Source: the human T2T-CHM13v2.0 reference genome, Homo sapiens. Taken from it: a stretch of 64,000 nt of DNA. The stretch lies in NCBI RefSeq assembly GCF_009914755.1, contig NC_060941.1. One strand, written 5' to 3'. The notes beneath the pieces are model-generated. The model made no database searches. It had not been told where the DNA came from and saw nothing but the letters and a program-made list of their open reading frames with translations. Below, in pieces: positions 25,501-38,869 of this stretch (the first letter of the stretch is position 1; each line of letters begins with the position of its first letter). The translations under genes and the position numbers were made by a program.

Positions 25501-28500
25501 AAACTAGACAGAAGCATTCTCAGAAAATACTTTGTGATGATTGAGTTTAACTCACAGAGCTGAACATTCCTTTGGATGGAGCAGGTTTGAGACACACTTT
25601 TTGTAGAATCTACAAGTGGATATTTGGACCTCTCTGAGGATTTCGTTGGAAACGGGATAACTGCACCTAACTAAACGGAAGCATTCTCAGAAACTTCTTG
25701 GTGATGTTTGCATTCAAATCCCAGAGTTGAACCTTCCTTTGATAGTTCAGGTTTGAAACACTCTTTTTGTAGGATCTGCAAGTGGATATTTGGACCACTC
25801 TGTGGCCTTCGTTCGAAACGGGTACATCTTCGCATAAAATCTAGACAGAAGCCTTCTCAGAAACTTCTCTGTGATGATTGCATTCAACTCACAGAGTTGA
25901 ACCCTCCTATGGATAGAGCAGTGTTGAAACTCTCTTTTTGTGGAATCTGCAAGTGGATATGTGGACCTCTCCGAAGATGTCTTTGGAAACGGGACTATCT
26001 TCACATAAAAACTAAACAGAAGCATTCTCAGAAACTTCTCTGTGATGTTTGTGTTCAACTCCCAGAGTTTCACATTGCTTTTCATAGAGTAGTTCTGAAA
26101 CATGCTTTTCGTAGTGTCTGCAAGTGGACATTTGGAGCGCTTTCAGGCCTGTGGTGGAAAACGAATTATGGTCACATAAAAACTGGAGAGAAGCATTGTC
26201 AGAAACTTCTTTGTGATGATTGCATTCAACTCACAGAGTTGAAGGTTCCTTTTCAAACAGCAGTTTCCAACCACTCTTTCTGTGGAATCCGCAAGTGGAT
26301 ATTTGGACCTCTTTGAAGATTTCGTTGGAAACGGGAGAATCTTCACAGAAAAGCTAAACAGAAGCATTCTCAGAAACTTCTTTGTGATGCTTGCATTCAA
26401 CTCACAGAGTTGAACTTTCCTTTCGAGAGAGAAGCTTTGAAACACTCTTTTTCCAGAATCTGCAAGTGGACATTTGGAGGGCTTTGAGGCCTGTGGTGGA
26501 AAAGGAATTATCTTCCCGTAAAAGCTAGATAGAAGCATTCTCAGAAACTACTTTGTGATGATTGCATTCAAGTCACAGAGTTGAACATTCCCTTTGACAG
26601 AGCAGTTTGGAAACTCTCTTTGTGTAGAATCTGCAAGTGGAGATATGGACCGCTTTGAGGACTATGGTAGTAAAGGAAATAGCTTCATATAAAATCTAAA
26701 CATTAGCATTCACAGAAAACTCTTGGTGACGACTGAGTTTAACTCACAGAGCTGAACATCCCTTTGGATGGAGCAGTTTCGAAACACACTATTTGTAGAA
26801 TGTGCAAGTGGATATTGGGGCCTCTCTGAGGATTTCGTTGGAAACGGGATAAACCGCACAGAACTAAACAGAAGCATTCTCAGAACCTTCTTCGTGATGT
26901 TTGCATTCAAATCACAGTGCTGAACCTTTCTTTGGTAGTTCAGCTTTGAAACACTCTTTTTGTAGAAACTGCAAGTGGATATTTGGTCCTCTGTGAGGAT
27001 TTCGTTGGAAGCAGGATAAACCACACAGAACTAAACAGAAGCATTCTCAGAACCTTCTTCGTGATGTCTGCATTCAACTCACAGTGTGGAAGCTTTCTTT
27101 GATAGTTCAGCTTTGAAACACTCTTTTTGTAGAAACTGCAAGGGGATAATTGCACTTCTTTGAGGCCTACCGTAGTAAAGGAAATAACTTCCTATAAAAA
27201 GAAGACAGAAGCTTTCTCAGAAAATTCTTTGGGATGATTGAGTTGAACGCACAGAGGTGAACATTCCTTGCGATGTAGCAGTTTAGAAACACACTTTCTG
27301 CAGAATCTGCAAGTGCGTATTTGGATCTCTCTGAGGAATTCGTTGGAAACGGGATAATTTCAGCTGACTAAACCGAAACAGTCTCAGAATCTTCTTTGTG
27401 ATGTTTGCATTCAAATCCCAGAGTTGAACTTTCCTTTCAAAGTTCACGTTTGAAACACTCTTTTTGCAGGATCTACAAGTGGATATTTGGACCACTCTGT
27501 GTCCTTCGTTCAAAACGGGTATATCTTCACATGGCATCTAGACAGAAGCATTCTCAGAAGCTTCTCTGTGATGACTGCATTCAACTCACGGAGTTGAACA
27601 CTCCTTTTGAGAGCGCAGTTTTGAAACTCTCTTTCTGTGGCATCTGCAAGGGGACATGTAGACCTCTCTGAAGGTTTCGTTGGAAACGGAATCATCTTCA
27701 CATAAAAACTATACAGATGCATTCTCAGAAACTTTTTGGTGATGTTTGTATTCAACTCCCAGAGTTGAACTTTCCTTTGGAAAGAGCAGCTATGAAACAC
27801 TCTTTTTCTAGAATCTGCAAGTGGACGTTTGGAGGGCTTTGTGGTTTGTGGTGGAAAAGGAAATATCTTCACCTAAATACTAGATAGAAGCATTCTCAGA
27901 AACTGCTTTGTGATGATTGCATTCACCTCACAGAGTTGACCATTCCTATTGATAGAGCAGTTTGGAAACACTCTTGTTGTGGAATGTGCAAGTGGAGATT
28001 TGGAGCGCTTTGAGGCCTATGGTAGTAAAGGGAATAGCTTAATACAAAAACTAGACAGAAGCATTCTCAGAAAATACTTTGTGATGATTGAGTTTAACTC
28101 ACAGAGCTGAACATTCCTTTGGATGGAGCAGGTTTGAGACACACTTTTTGTAGAATCTACAAGTGGATATTTAGACCTCTCTGAGGATTTCGGTGGAAAC
28201 GGGATAACTGCACCTAACTAAACGGAAGCATTCTCAGAAACTTCTTGGTGATGTTTGCATTCAAATCCCAGAGTTGAACCTTCCTTTGATAGTTCAGGTT
28301 TGAAACACACTTTTTGTAGGATCTGCAAGTGGATATTTGGACCACTCTGTGGCCTTCGTTCGAAACGGGTACATCTTCGCATAAAATCTAGACAGAAGCC
28401 TTCTCAGAAACTTCTCTGAGATGATTGCATTCAACTCACAGAGTTGAACCCTCCTATGGATAGAGCAGTGTTGAAACTCTCTTTTTGTGGAATCTGCAAG

Positions 28501-29882
28501 CGGATATGTGGACCTCTCCGAAGTTGTCTTTGGAAACGGGAATATCTTAACATAAAAACTAAACAGAAGCATTCTCAGAAACTTCTCTGTGATGTTTGTG
28601 TTCAACTCCCAGAGTTTCACATTGCTTTTCATAGAGTAGTTCTGAAACATGCTTTTCGTAGTGTCTGCAAGTGGACATTTGGAGCGCTTTCAGGCCTGTG
28701 GTGGAAAACGAATTATGGTCACATAAAAACTGGAGAGAAGCATTGTCAGAAACTTCTTTGTGATGATTGCATTCAACTCACAGAGTTGAAGGTTCCTTTT
28801 CAAACAGCAGTTTCCAATCACTCTTTCTGTGGAATCTGCAAGTGGATATTTGGACCTCTTTGAAGATTTCGTTGGAAACGGGAGAATCTTCACAGAAAAG
28901 CTAAACAGAAGCATTCTCAGAAACTTCTTTGTGATGCTTGCATTCAACTCACAGAGTTGAACTTTCCTTTCGAGAGAGAAGCTTTGAAACACTCTTTTTC
29001 CAGAATCTGCAAGTGGACATTTAGAGGGCTTTGAGGCCTGTGTTGGAAAAGGAATTATCTTCCCGTAAAAGCTAGATAGAAGCATACTCAGAAACTACTT
29101 TGTGATGATTGCATTCAAGTCACAGAGTTGAACATTCCCTTTGACAGAGCAGTTTGGAAACTCTCTTTGTGTAGAATCTGCAAGTGGAGATATTGACCAC
29201 TTTGAGGACTATGGTAGTAAAGGAAATAGCTTCATATAATAGCTAAACAGTAGCATTCACAGAAAACTCTTGGTGACGACTGAGTTTAACTCACAGAGCT
29301 GAACATCTCTTTGGATGGAGCAGTTTCGAAACACACTATTTGTAGAATGTGCAAGTGGATATTGGGGCCTCTCTGAGGATTTCGTTGGAAACGGGATAAA
29401 CCGCACAGAACTAAACAGAAGCATTCTCAGAACCTTCTTCGTGATGTTTGCATTCAAATCACAGTGCTGAACGTTTCTTTGATAGTTCAGCTTTGAAACA
29501 CTCTTTTTGTAGAAACTGCAAGTGGATATTTGGTCCTCTGTGAGGATTTCGTTGGAAGCGGGATAAACCGCACAGAACTAAACAGAAGCATTCTCAGAAC
29601 CTTCTTCGTGATGTCTGCATTCAACTCACAGTGTGGAACCTTTCTTTGATAGTTCAGCTTTGAAACACTCTTTTTGTAGAAACTGCAAGGGGATAATTGC
29701 ACTTCTTTGAGGCCTACCGTAGTAAAGGAAATAACTTAGTATAAAAAGAAGACAGAAGCTTTCTCAGAAAATTCTTTGGGATGATTGTGTTGAACTCACA
29801 GAGCTGAACATTCCTTGCAATGTAGCAGTTTAGAAACACACTTTCTGCAGAATCTGCAAGTGCATATGTGGAACTCTATGAG
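19529..29882 (+). repeat. 15-mer (2545), 16-mer (2715), 15-mer (2547) and 15-mer (2547) HOR units
   Basis: EcoRI at 19529, 22074, 24789, 27336 and 29883. Confidence 0.92.
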
Positions 29883-32800
29883 GAATTCGTTGGAAACGGG
29901 ATAATTTCAGCTGACTAAACAGAAGCAGTCTCAGAATCTTCTTTGTGATGTTTGCATTCAAATCCCAGAGTTGAACTTTCCTTTCAAAGTTCACGTTTGA
30001 AACACTCTTTTTGCAGGATCTACAAGTGGATATTTGGACCACTCTGTGTCCTTCGTTCGAAACGGGTATATCTTCACATGACATCTAGACAGAAGCATTC
30101 TCAGAAGCTTCTCTGTGATGACTGCATTCAACTCACGGAGTTGAACACTCCTTTTGAGAGCGCAGTTTTGAAACTCTCTTTCTGTGGCATCTGCAAGGGG
30201 ACATGTAGACCTCTCTGAAGATTTCTTTGGAAACGGAATCATCTTCACAAAAAAACTATACAGATGCATTCTCAGGAACTTTTTGGTGATGTTTGTATTC
30301 AACTCCCAGAGTTGAACTTTCCTTTGGAAAGAGCAGCTATGAAACACTCTTTTTCTAGAATCTGCAAGTGGACGTTTGGAGGGCTTTGTGGTTTGTGGTG
30401 GAAAAGGAAATATCTTCACCTAAATACTAGATAGAAGCATTCTCAGAAACTGCTTTGTGATGATTGCATTCACCTCACAGAGTTGAACATTCCTATTGAT
30501 AGAGCAGTTTGGAAACACTCTTCTTGTGGAATGTGCAAGTGGAGATTTGGAGCGCTTTGAGGCCTATGGTAGTAAAGGGAATAGCTTCATAGAAAAACTA
30601 GACAGAAGCATTCTCAGAAAATACTTTGTGATGATTGAGTTGAACTCACAGAGCTGAACATTCCTTTGAATGGAGCAGGTTTGAGACACACTTTTTGTAG
30701 AATCTACAAGTGGATATTTCGACCTCTCTGAGGATTTCGTTGGAAACGGGATAACTGCACCTAACTAAACGGAAGCATTCTCAGAAACTTCTTGGTGATG
30801 TTTGCATTCAAATCCCAGAGTTGAACCTTCCTTTGATAGTTCAGGTTTGAAACACTCTTTTTGTAGGATCTGCAAGTGGATATTTGGACCACTCTGTGGC
30901 CTTCGTTCGAAACGGGTACATCTTCGCATAAAATCTAGACAGAAGCCTTCTCAGAAACTTCTCTGTGATGATTGCATTCAACTCACAGAGTTGAACCCTC
31001 CTATGGATAGAGCAGTGTTGAAACTCTCTTTTTGTGGAATCTGCAAGTGGATATGTGGACCTCTCCGAAGATGTCTTTGGAAACGGGAATATCTTCACAT
31101 AAAAACTAAACAGAAGCATTCTCAGAAACTTCTCTGTGATGTTTGTGTTCAACTCCCAGAGTTTCACATTGCTTTTCATAGAGTAGTTCTGAAACATGCT
31201 TTTCGTAGTGTCTGCAAGTGGACATTTGGAGCGCTTTCAGGCCTGTGGTGGAAAACGAATTATGGTCACATAAAAACTGGAGAGAAGCATTGTCAGAAAC
31301 TTCTTTGTGATGATTGCATTCAACTCACAGAGTTGAAGGTTCCTTTTCAAACAGCAGTTTCCAATCACTCTTTCTGTGGAATCCGCAAGTGGATATTTGG
31401 ACCTCTTTGAAGATTTCGTTGGAAACGGTAGAATCTTCACAGAAAAGCTAAACAGAAGCATTCTCAGAAACTTCTTTGTGATGCTTGCATTCAACTCACA
31501 GAGTTGAACTTTCCTTTCGAGAGAGAAGCTTTGAAACACTCTTTTTCCAGAATCTGCAAGTGGACATTTGGAGGGCTTTGAGGCCTGTGGTGGAAAAGGA
31601 ATTATCTTCCGGCAAAAGCTAGATAGAAGCATTCTCAGAAACTACTTTGTGATGATTGCATTCAAGTCACAGAGTTGAACATTCCCTTTGACAGAGCAGT
31701 TTGGAAACTCTCTTTGTGTAGAATCTGCAAGTGGAGATATGGACCGCTTTGAGGACTATGGTAGTAAAGGAAATAGCTTCATATAAAAGCTAGACAGTAG
31801 CATTCACAGAAAACTCTTGGTGACGACTGAGTTTAACTCACAGAGCTGAACATCCCTTTGGATGGAGCAGTTTCGAAACACACTATTTGTAGAATGTGCA
31901 AGTGGATATTTGGGCCTCTCTGAGGATTTCGTTGGAAACGGGATAAACCGCACAGAACTAAACAGAAGCATTCTCAGAACCTTCTTCGTGATGTTTGCAT
32001 TCAAATCACAGTGCTGAACCTTTCTTTGATAGTTCAGCTTTGAAACACTCTTTTTGTAGAAACTGCAAGTGGATATTTGGACCTCTCTGAGGATTTCTTT
32101 GGAAACGGGATAGACCGCACAGAACTAAAACAGAAGCATTCTCAGAACCTTCTTCGTGATGTTTGCATTCAACTCACAGTGCTGAAACTTTCTTTGATAG
32201 TTCAGCTTTGAAACACTCTTTTTGTAGAAACTGCAAGTGGATATTTGGTCCTCTCTGAGGTTTTCGTTGGAAACGGGATAAACCGCACAGAACTAAACAG
32301 AAGCATTCTCAGAACCTTCTTCGTGATGTCTGCATTCAACTCACAGTGTGGAACCTTTCTTTGATAGTTCAGGTTTGAAACACTCTTTTTGTAGAAACTG
32401 CAAGGGGATAATTGCACTTCTTTGAGGCCTACCGTAGTAAAGGAAATAACTTATTATAAAAAGAAGACAGAAGCTTTCTCAGAAAATTCTTTGGGATGAT
32501 TGAGTTGAACTCACAGAGCTGAACATTCCTTTGAATGGAGCAGGTTTGAGACACACTTTTTGTAGAATCTACAAGTGGATATTTGGACCACTCTGAGGAT
32601 TTCGTTGGAAACGGGATAACTGCACCTAACTAAACGGAAGCATTCTCAGAAACTTCTTGGTGATGTTTGCATTCAAATCCCAGAGTTGAACCTTCCTTTG
32701 ATAGTTCAGGTTTGAAACACTCTTTTTGTAGGATCTGCAAGTGGATATTTGGACCACTCTGTGGCCTTCGTTCCAAACGGGTACATCTTCGCATTAAATC

Positions 32801-34462
32801 TAGACAGAAGCCTTCTGAGAAACTTCTCTGTGATGATTGCATTCAACTCACAGAGTTGAACCCTCCTATGGATAGAGCAGTGTTGAAACTCTCTTTTTGT
32901 GGAATCTGCAAGTGTATATGTGGACCTCTCCGAAGATGTCTTTGGAAACGGGACTATCTTCACATAAAAACTAAACAGAAGCATTCTCAGAAACTTCTCT
33001 GTGATGTTTGTGTTCAACTCTCAGAGTTTCACATTGCTTCTCATAGAGTAGTTCTGAAACATGCTTTTCGTAGTGTCTGCAAGTGGACATTTGGAGCGCT
33101 TTCAGGCCTGTGGTGGAAAACGAATTATGGTCACATAAAAACTGGAGAGAAGCATTGTCAGAAACTTCTTTGTGATGATTGCATTCAACTCACAGAGTTG
33201 AAGGTTCCTTTTCAAACAGCAGTTTCCAATCACTCTTTCTGTGGAATCTGCAAGTGGATATTTGGAACTCTTTGAAGATTTCGTTGGAAACGGGAGAATC
33301 TTCACAGAAAAGCTAAACAGAAGCATTCTCAGAAACTTCTTTGTGATGCTTGCATTCAACTCACAGAGTTGAACTTTCCTTTAGAGAGAGAAGCTTTGAA
33401 ACACTCTTTTTCCAGAATCTGCAAGTGGACATTTGGAGGGCTTTGAGGCCTGTGTTGGAAAAGGAATTATCTTCCCGTAAAAGCTAGATAGAAGCATTCT
33501 CAGAAACTACTTTGTGATGATTGCATTCAAGTCACAGAGTTGAACATTCCCTTTGACAGAGCAGTTTGGAAACTCTCTTTGTGTAGAATCTGCAAGTGGA
33601 GATATGGACCGCTTTGAGGACTATGGTAGTAAAGGAAATAGCTTCATATAAAAGCTAGACAGTAGCATTCACAGAAAACTCTTGGTGACGACTGAGTTTA
33701 ACTCACAGAGCTGAACATCCCTTTGGATGGAGCAGTTTCGAAACACACTATTTGTAGAATGTGCAAGTGGATATTTGGGCCTCTCTGAGGATTTCGTTGG
33801 AAACGGGATAAACCGCACAGAACTAAACAGAAGCATTCTCAGAACCTTCTTCGTGATGTTTGCATTCAACTCACAGTGCTGAACCTTTCTTTGATAGTTC
33901 AGCTTTGAAACACTCTTTTTGTAGAAACTGCAAGTGGATATTTGGACCTCTCTGAGGATTTCATTGGAAACGGGATAAACAGCACAGAACTAAAACAGAA
34001 GCATTCTCAGAACCCTCTTCGTGATGTTTGCATTCAACTCACAGTGCTGAACCTTTCTTTGATAGTTCAGGTTTGAAACACTCTTTTTGTAGAAACTGCA
34101 AGTGGATATTTGGGCCTCTCTGAGGATTTCGTTGGAAACGGGATAAACCGCACAGAACTAAACAGAAGCATTCTCAGAACCCTCTTCGTGATGTTTGCAT
34201 TCAACTCACAGTGTTGAACCTTTCTTTGATAGTTCAGCTTTGAAACACTCTTTTTGTAGAAACTGCAAGGGGATAATTGCACTTCTTTGAGGCCTACTGT
34301 AGTAAAGGGAATAACTTCCTATAAAAAGAAGACAGAAGCTTTCTCAGAAAATTCTTTGGGATGATTGAGTTGAACTCACAGAGCTGAACATTCCTTGCGA
34401 TGTAGCAGTTTAGAAACACACTTTCTGCAGAATCTGCAAGTGCATATTTGGATCTCTCTGAG
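29883..34462 (+). repeat. 16-mer fused to an 11-mer HOR variant (4580 bp with no internal EcoRI)
   Basis: Marker spacing is 2715 then 1865 bp (ORF track 29487, 32202, 34067). Hybrid E'''/E monomer at about 32475-32640. Confidence 0.9.
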
Positions 34463-36155
34463 GAATTCGTTGGAAACGTGATAATTTCAGCTGACTAAAC
34501 CGAAACAGTCTCAGAATCTTCTTTGTGATGTTTGCATTCAAATCCCAGAGTTGAACTTTCCTTTCAAAGTTCACGTTTGAAACACTCTTTTTGCAGGATC
34601 TACAAGTGGATATTTGGACCACTCTGTGTCCTTCGTTCAAAACGGGTATATCTTCACATGGTATCTAGACAGAAGCATTCTCAGAAGCTTCTCTGTGATG
34701 ACTGCATTCAACTCACGGAGCTGAACACTCCTTTTGAGAGCGCAGTTTTGAAACTCTCTTTCTGTGGCATCTGCAAGGGGACATGTAGACCTCTCTGAAG
34801 ATTTCGTTGGAAACGGAATCATCTTCACATAAAAACTATACAGATGCATTCTCAGGAACTTTTTGGTGATGTTTGTATTCAACTCCCAGAGTTGAACTTT
34901 CCTTTGGAAAGAGCAGCTATGAAACACTCTTTTTCTAGAATCTGCAAGTGGACGTTTGGAGGGCTTTGTGGTTTGTGGTGGAAAAGGAAATATCTTCACC
35001 TAAATACTAGATAGAAGCATTCTCAGAAACTGCTTTGTGATGATTGCATTCACCTCACAGAGTTGAACATTCCTATTGATAGAGCAGTTTGGAAACACTC
35101 TTGTTGTGGAATGTGCAAGTGGAGATTTGGAGCGCTTTGAGGCCTATGGTAGTAAAGGGAATAACTTCATAGAAAAACTAGACAGAAGCATTCTCAGAAA
35201 ATTCTTTGTGATGATTGAGTTTAACTCACAGAGCTGAACATTCCTTTGGATGGAGCAGGTTTGAGACACACTTTTTGTAGAATCTACAAGTGGATATTTG
35301 GACCTCTCTGAGGATTTCGGTGGAAACGGGATAACTGCACCTAACTAAACGGAAGCATTCTCAGAAACTACTTTGTGATGATTGCATTCAAGTCACAGAG
35401 TTGAACATTCCCTTTGACAGAGCAGTTTGGAAACTCTCTTTGTGTAGAATCTGCAAGTGGAGATATGGACCACTTTGAGGACTATGGTAGTAAAGGAAAT
35501 AGCTTCATATAAAAGCTAAACAGTAGCATTCACAGAAAACTCTTGGTGACGACTGAGTTTAACTCACAGAGCTGAACATCTCTTTGGATGGAGCAGTTTC
35601 GAAACACACTATTTGTAGAATGTGCAAGTGGATATTGGGGCCTCTCTGAGGATTTCGTTGGAAACGGGATAAACCGCACAGAACTAAACAGAAGCATTCT
35701 CAGAACCTTCTTCGTGATGTTTGCATTCAAATCACAGTGCTGAACGTTTCTTTGATAGTTCAGCTTTGAAACACTCTTTTTGTAGAAACTGCAAGTGGAT
35801 ATTTGGTCCTCTGTGAGGATTTCGTTGGAAGCGGGATAAACCGCACAGAACTAAACAGAAGCATTCTCAGAACCTTCTTCGTGATGTCTGCATTCAACTC
35901 ACAGTGTGGAACCTTTCTTTGATAGTTCAGGTTTGAAACACTCTTTTTGTAGAAACTGCAAGGGGATAATTGCACTTCTTTGAGGCCTACCGTAGTAAAG
36001 GAAATAACTTCCTATAAAAAGAAGACAGAAGCTTTCTCAGAAAATTCTTTGGGATGATTGAGTTGAACTCAGAGAGCTGAACATTCCTTGCGATGTAGCA
36101 GTTTAGAAACACACTTTCTGCAGAATCTGCAAGTGCATATTTGGACCTCTCTGAG
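34463..36155 (+). repeat. 10-mer HOR variant (1693 bp)
   Basis: EcoRI at 34463 and 36156. Monomer E joins directly to D'' at about 35352-35369. Confidence 0.92.
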
Positions 36156-38869
36156 GAATTCGTTGGAAACGGGATAATTTCAGCTGACTAAACCGAAACA
36201 GTCTCAGAATCTTCTTTGTGATGTTTGCATTCAAATCCCAGAGTTGAACTTTCCTTTCAAAGTTCACGTTTGAAACACTCTTTTTGCAGGATCTACATGT
36301 GGATATTTGGACCACTCTGTGTCCTTCGTTCAAAACGGGTATATCTTCACATGACATCTAGACAGAAGCATTCTCAGAAGCTTCTCTGTGATGAGTGCAT
36401 TCAACTCACGGAGTTGAACACTCCTTTTGAGAGCGCAGTTTTGAAACTCTCTTTCTGTGGCATCTGCAAGGGGACATGTAGACCTCTCTGAAGATTTCGT
36501 TGGAAACGGAATCATCTTCACATAAAAACTATACAGATGCATTCTCAGGAACTTTTTGGTGATGTTTGTATTCAACTCCCAGAGTTGAACTTTCCTTTGG
36601 AAAGAGCAGCTATGAAACACTCTTTTTCTAGAATCTGCAAGTGGACGTTTGGAGGGCTTTGTGGTTTGTGGTGGAAAAGGAAATATCTTCACCTAAATAC
36701 TAGATAGCAGCATTCTCAGAAACTGCTTTGTGATGATTGCATTCACCTCACAGAGTTGAACATTCCTATTGATAGAGCAGTTTGGAAACACTCTTGTTGT
36801 GGAATGTGGAAGTGGAGATTTGGAGCGCTTTGAGGCCTATGGTAGTAAAGGGAATAGCTTCATAGAAAAACTAGACAGAAGCATTCTCAGAAAATACTTT
36901 GTGATGATTGAGTTGAACTCACAGAGCTGAACATTCCTTTGAATGGAGCAGGTTTGAGACACACTTTTTGTAGAATCTACAAGTGGATATTTGGACCTCT
37001 CTGAGGATTTCGTTGGAAACGGGATAACTGCACCTAACTAAACGGAAGCATTCTCAGAAACTTCTTGGTGATGTTTGCATTCAAATCCCAGAGTTGAACC
37101 TTCCTTTGATAGTTCAGGTTTGAAACACTCTTTTTGTAGGATCTGCAAGTGGATATTTGGACCACTCTGTGGCCTTCGTTCGAAACGGGTACATCTTCGC
37201 AAAAAATCTAGACAGAAGCCTTCTCAGAAACTTCTCTGTGATGATTGCATTCAACTCACAGAGTTGAACCCTCCTATGGATAGAGCAGTGTTGAAACTCT
37301 CTTTTTGTGGAATCTGCAAGTGGATATGTGGACCTCTCCGAAGATGTCTTTGGAAACGGGAATATCTTCACATAAAAACTAAACAGAAGCATTCTCAGAA
37401 ACTTCTCTGTGATGTTTGTGTTCAACTCCCAGAGTTTCACATTGCTTTTCATAGAGTACTTCAGAAACATGCTTTTCGTAGTGTCTGCAAGTGGACATTT
37501 GGAGCGCTTTCAGGCCTGTGGTGGAAAACGAATTATGGTCACATAAAAACTGGAGAGAAGCATTGTCAGAAACTTCTTTGTGATGATTGCATTCAACTCA
37601 CAGAGTTGAAGGTTCCTTTTCAAACAGCAGTTTCCAATCACTCTTTCTGTGGAATCCGCAAGTGGATATTTGGACCTCTTTGAAGATTTCGTTGGAAACG
37701 GGAGAATCTTCACAGAAAAGCTAAACAGAAGCATTCTCAGAAACTTCTTTGTGATGCTTGCATTCAACTCACAGAGTTGAACTTTCCTTTCGAGAGAGAA
37801 GCTTTGAAACACTCTTTTTCCAGAATCTGCAAGTGGACATTTGGAGGGCTTTGAGGCCTGTGGTGGAAAAGGAATTATCTTCCGGCAAAAGCTAGATAGA
37901 AGCATTCTCAGAAACTACTTTGTGATGATTGCATTCAAGTCACAGAGTTGAACATTCCCTTTGACAGAGCAGTTTGGAAACTCTCTTTGTGTAGAATCTG
38001 CAAGTGGAGATATGGACCGCTTTGAGGACTATGGTAGTAAAGGAAATAGCTTCATATAAAAGCTAGACAGTAGCATTCACAGAAAACTCTTGGTGACGAC
38101 TGAGTTTAACTCACAGAGCTGAACATCCCTTTGGATGGAGTAGTTTCGAAACACACTATTTGTAGAATGTGCAAGTGGATATTTGGGCCTCTCTGAGGAT
38201 TTCGATGGAAACGGGATAAACCGCACAGAACTAAACAGAAGCATTCTCAGAACCTTCTTCGTGATGTTTGCATTCAAATCACAGTGCTGAACCTTTCTTT
38301 GATAGTTCAGCTTTGAAACACTCTTTTTGTAGAAACTGCAAGTGGATATTTGGGCCTCTCTGAGGATTTCGTTGGAAACGGGATAAACCGCACAGAAATA
38401 AACAGAAGCATTCTCAGAACCCTCTTCGTGTTGTTTGCATTCAACTCACAGTGTTGAACCTTTCTTTGATAGTTCAGGTTTGAAACGGTCTTTCTGTAGA
38501 AACTGCAAGTAGATATTTGGACCTCTGTGAGGATTTCGTTGGAAACGGGATAAACCGCACAGAACTAAAGAGAAGCATTCTCAGAACCTTCTTCGTGATG
38601 TCTGCATTCAACTCACAGTGTGGAACCTTTCTTTGATAGTTCAGGTTTGAAACACTCTTTTTGTAGAGACTGCAAGGGGATAATTGCACTTCTTTGAGGC
38701 CTACCGTAGTAAAGGAAATAACTTCCTATAAAAAGAAGACAGAAGCTTTCTCAGAAAATTCTTTGGGATGATTGAGTTGAACTCACAGAGCTGAACATTC
38801 CTTGCGATGGAGCAGTTTAGAAACACACTTTCTGCAGAATCTGCAAGTGCATATTTGGACCTCTCTGAG
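36156..38869 (+). repeat. Last 16-mer HOR unit (2714 bp), with atypical X monomers
   Basis: EcoRI at 36156 and 38870. Confidence 0.9.
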
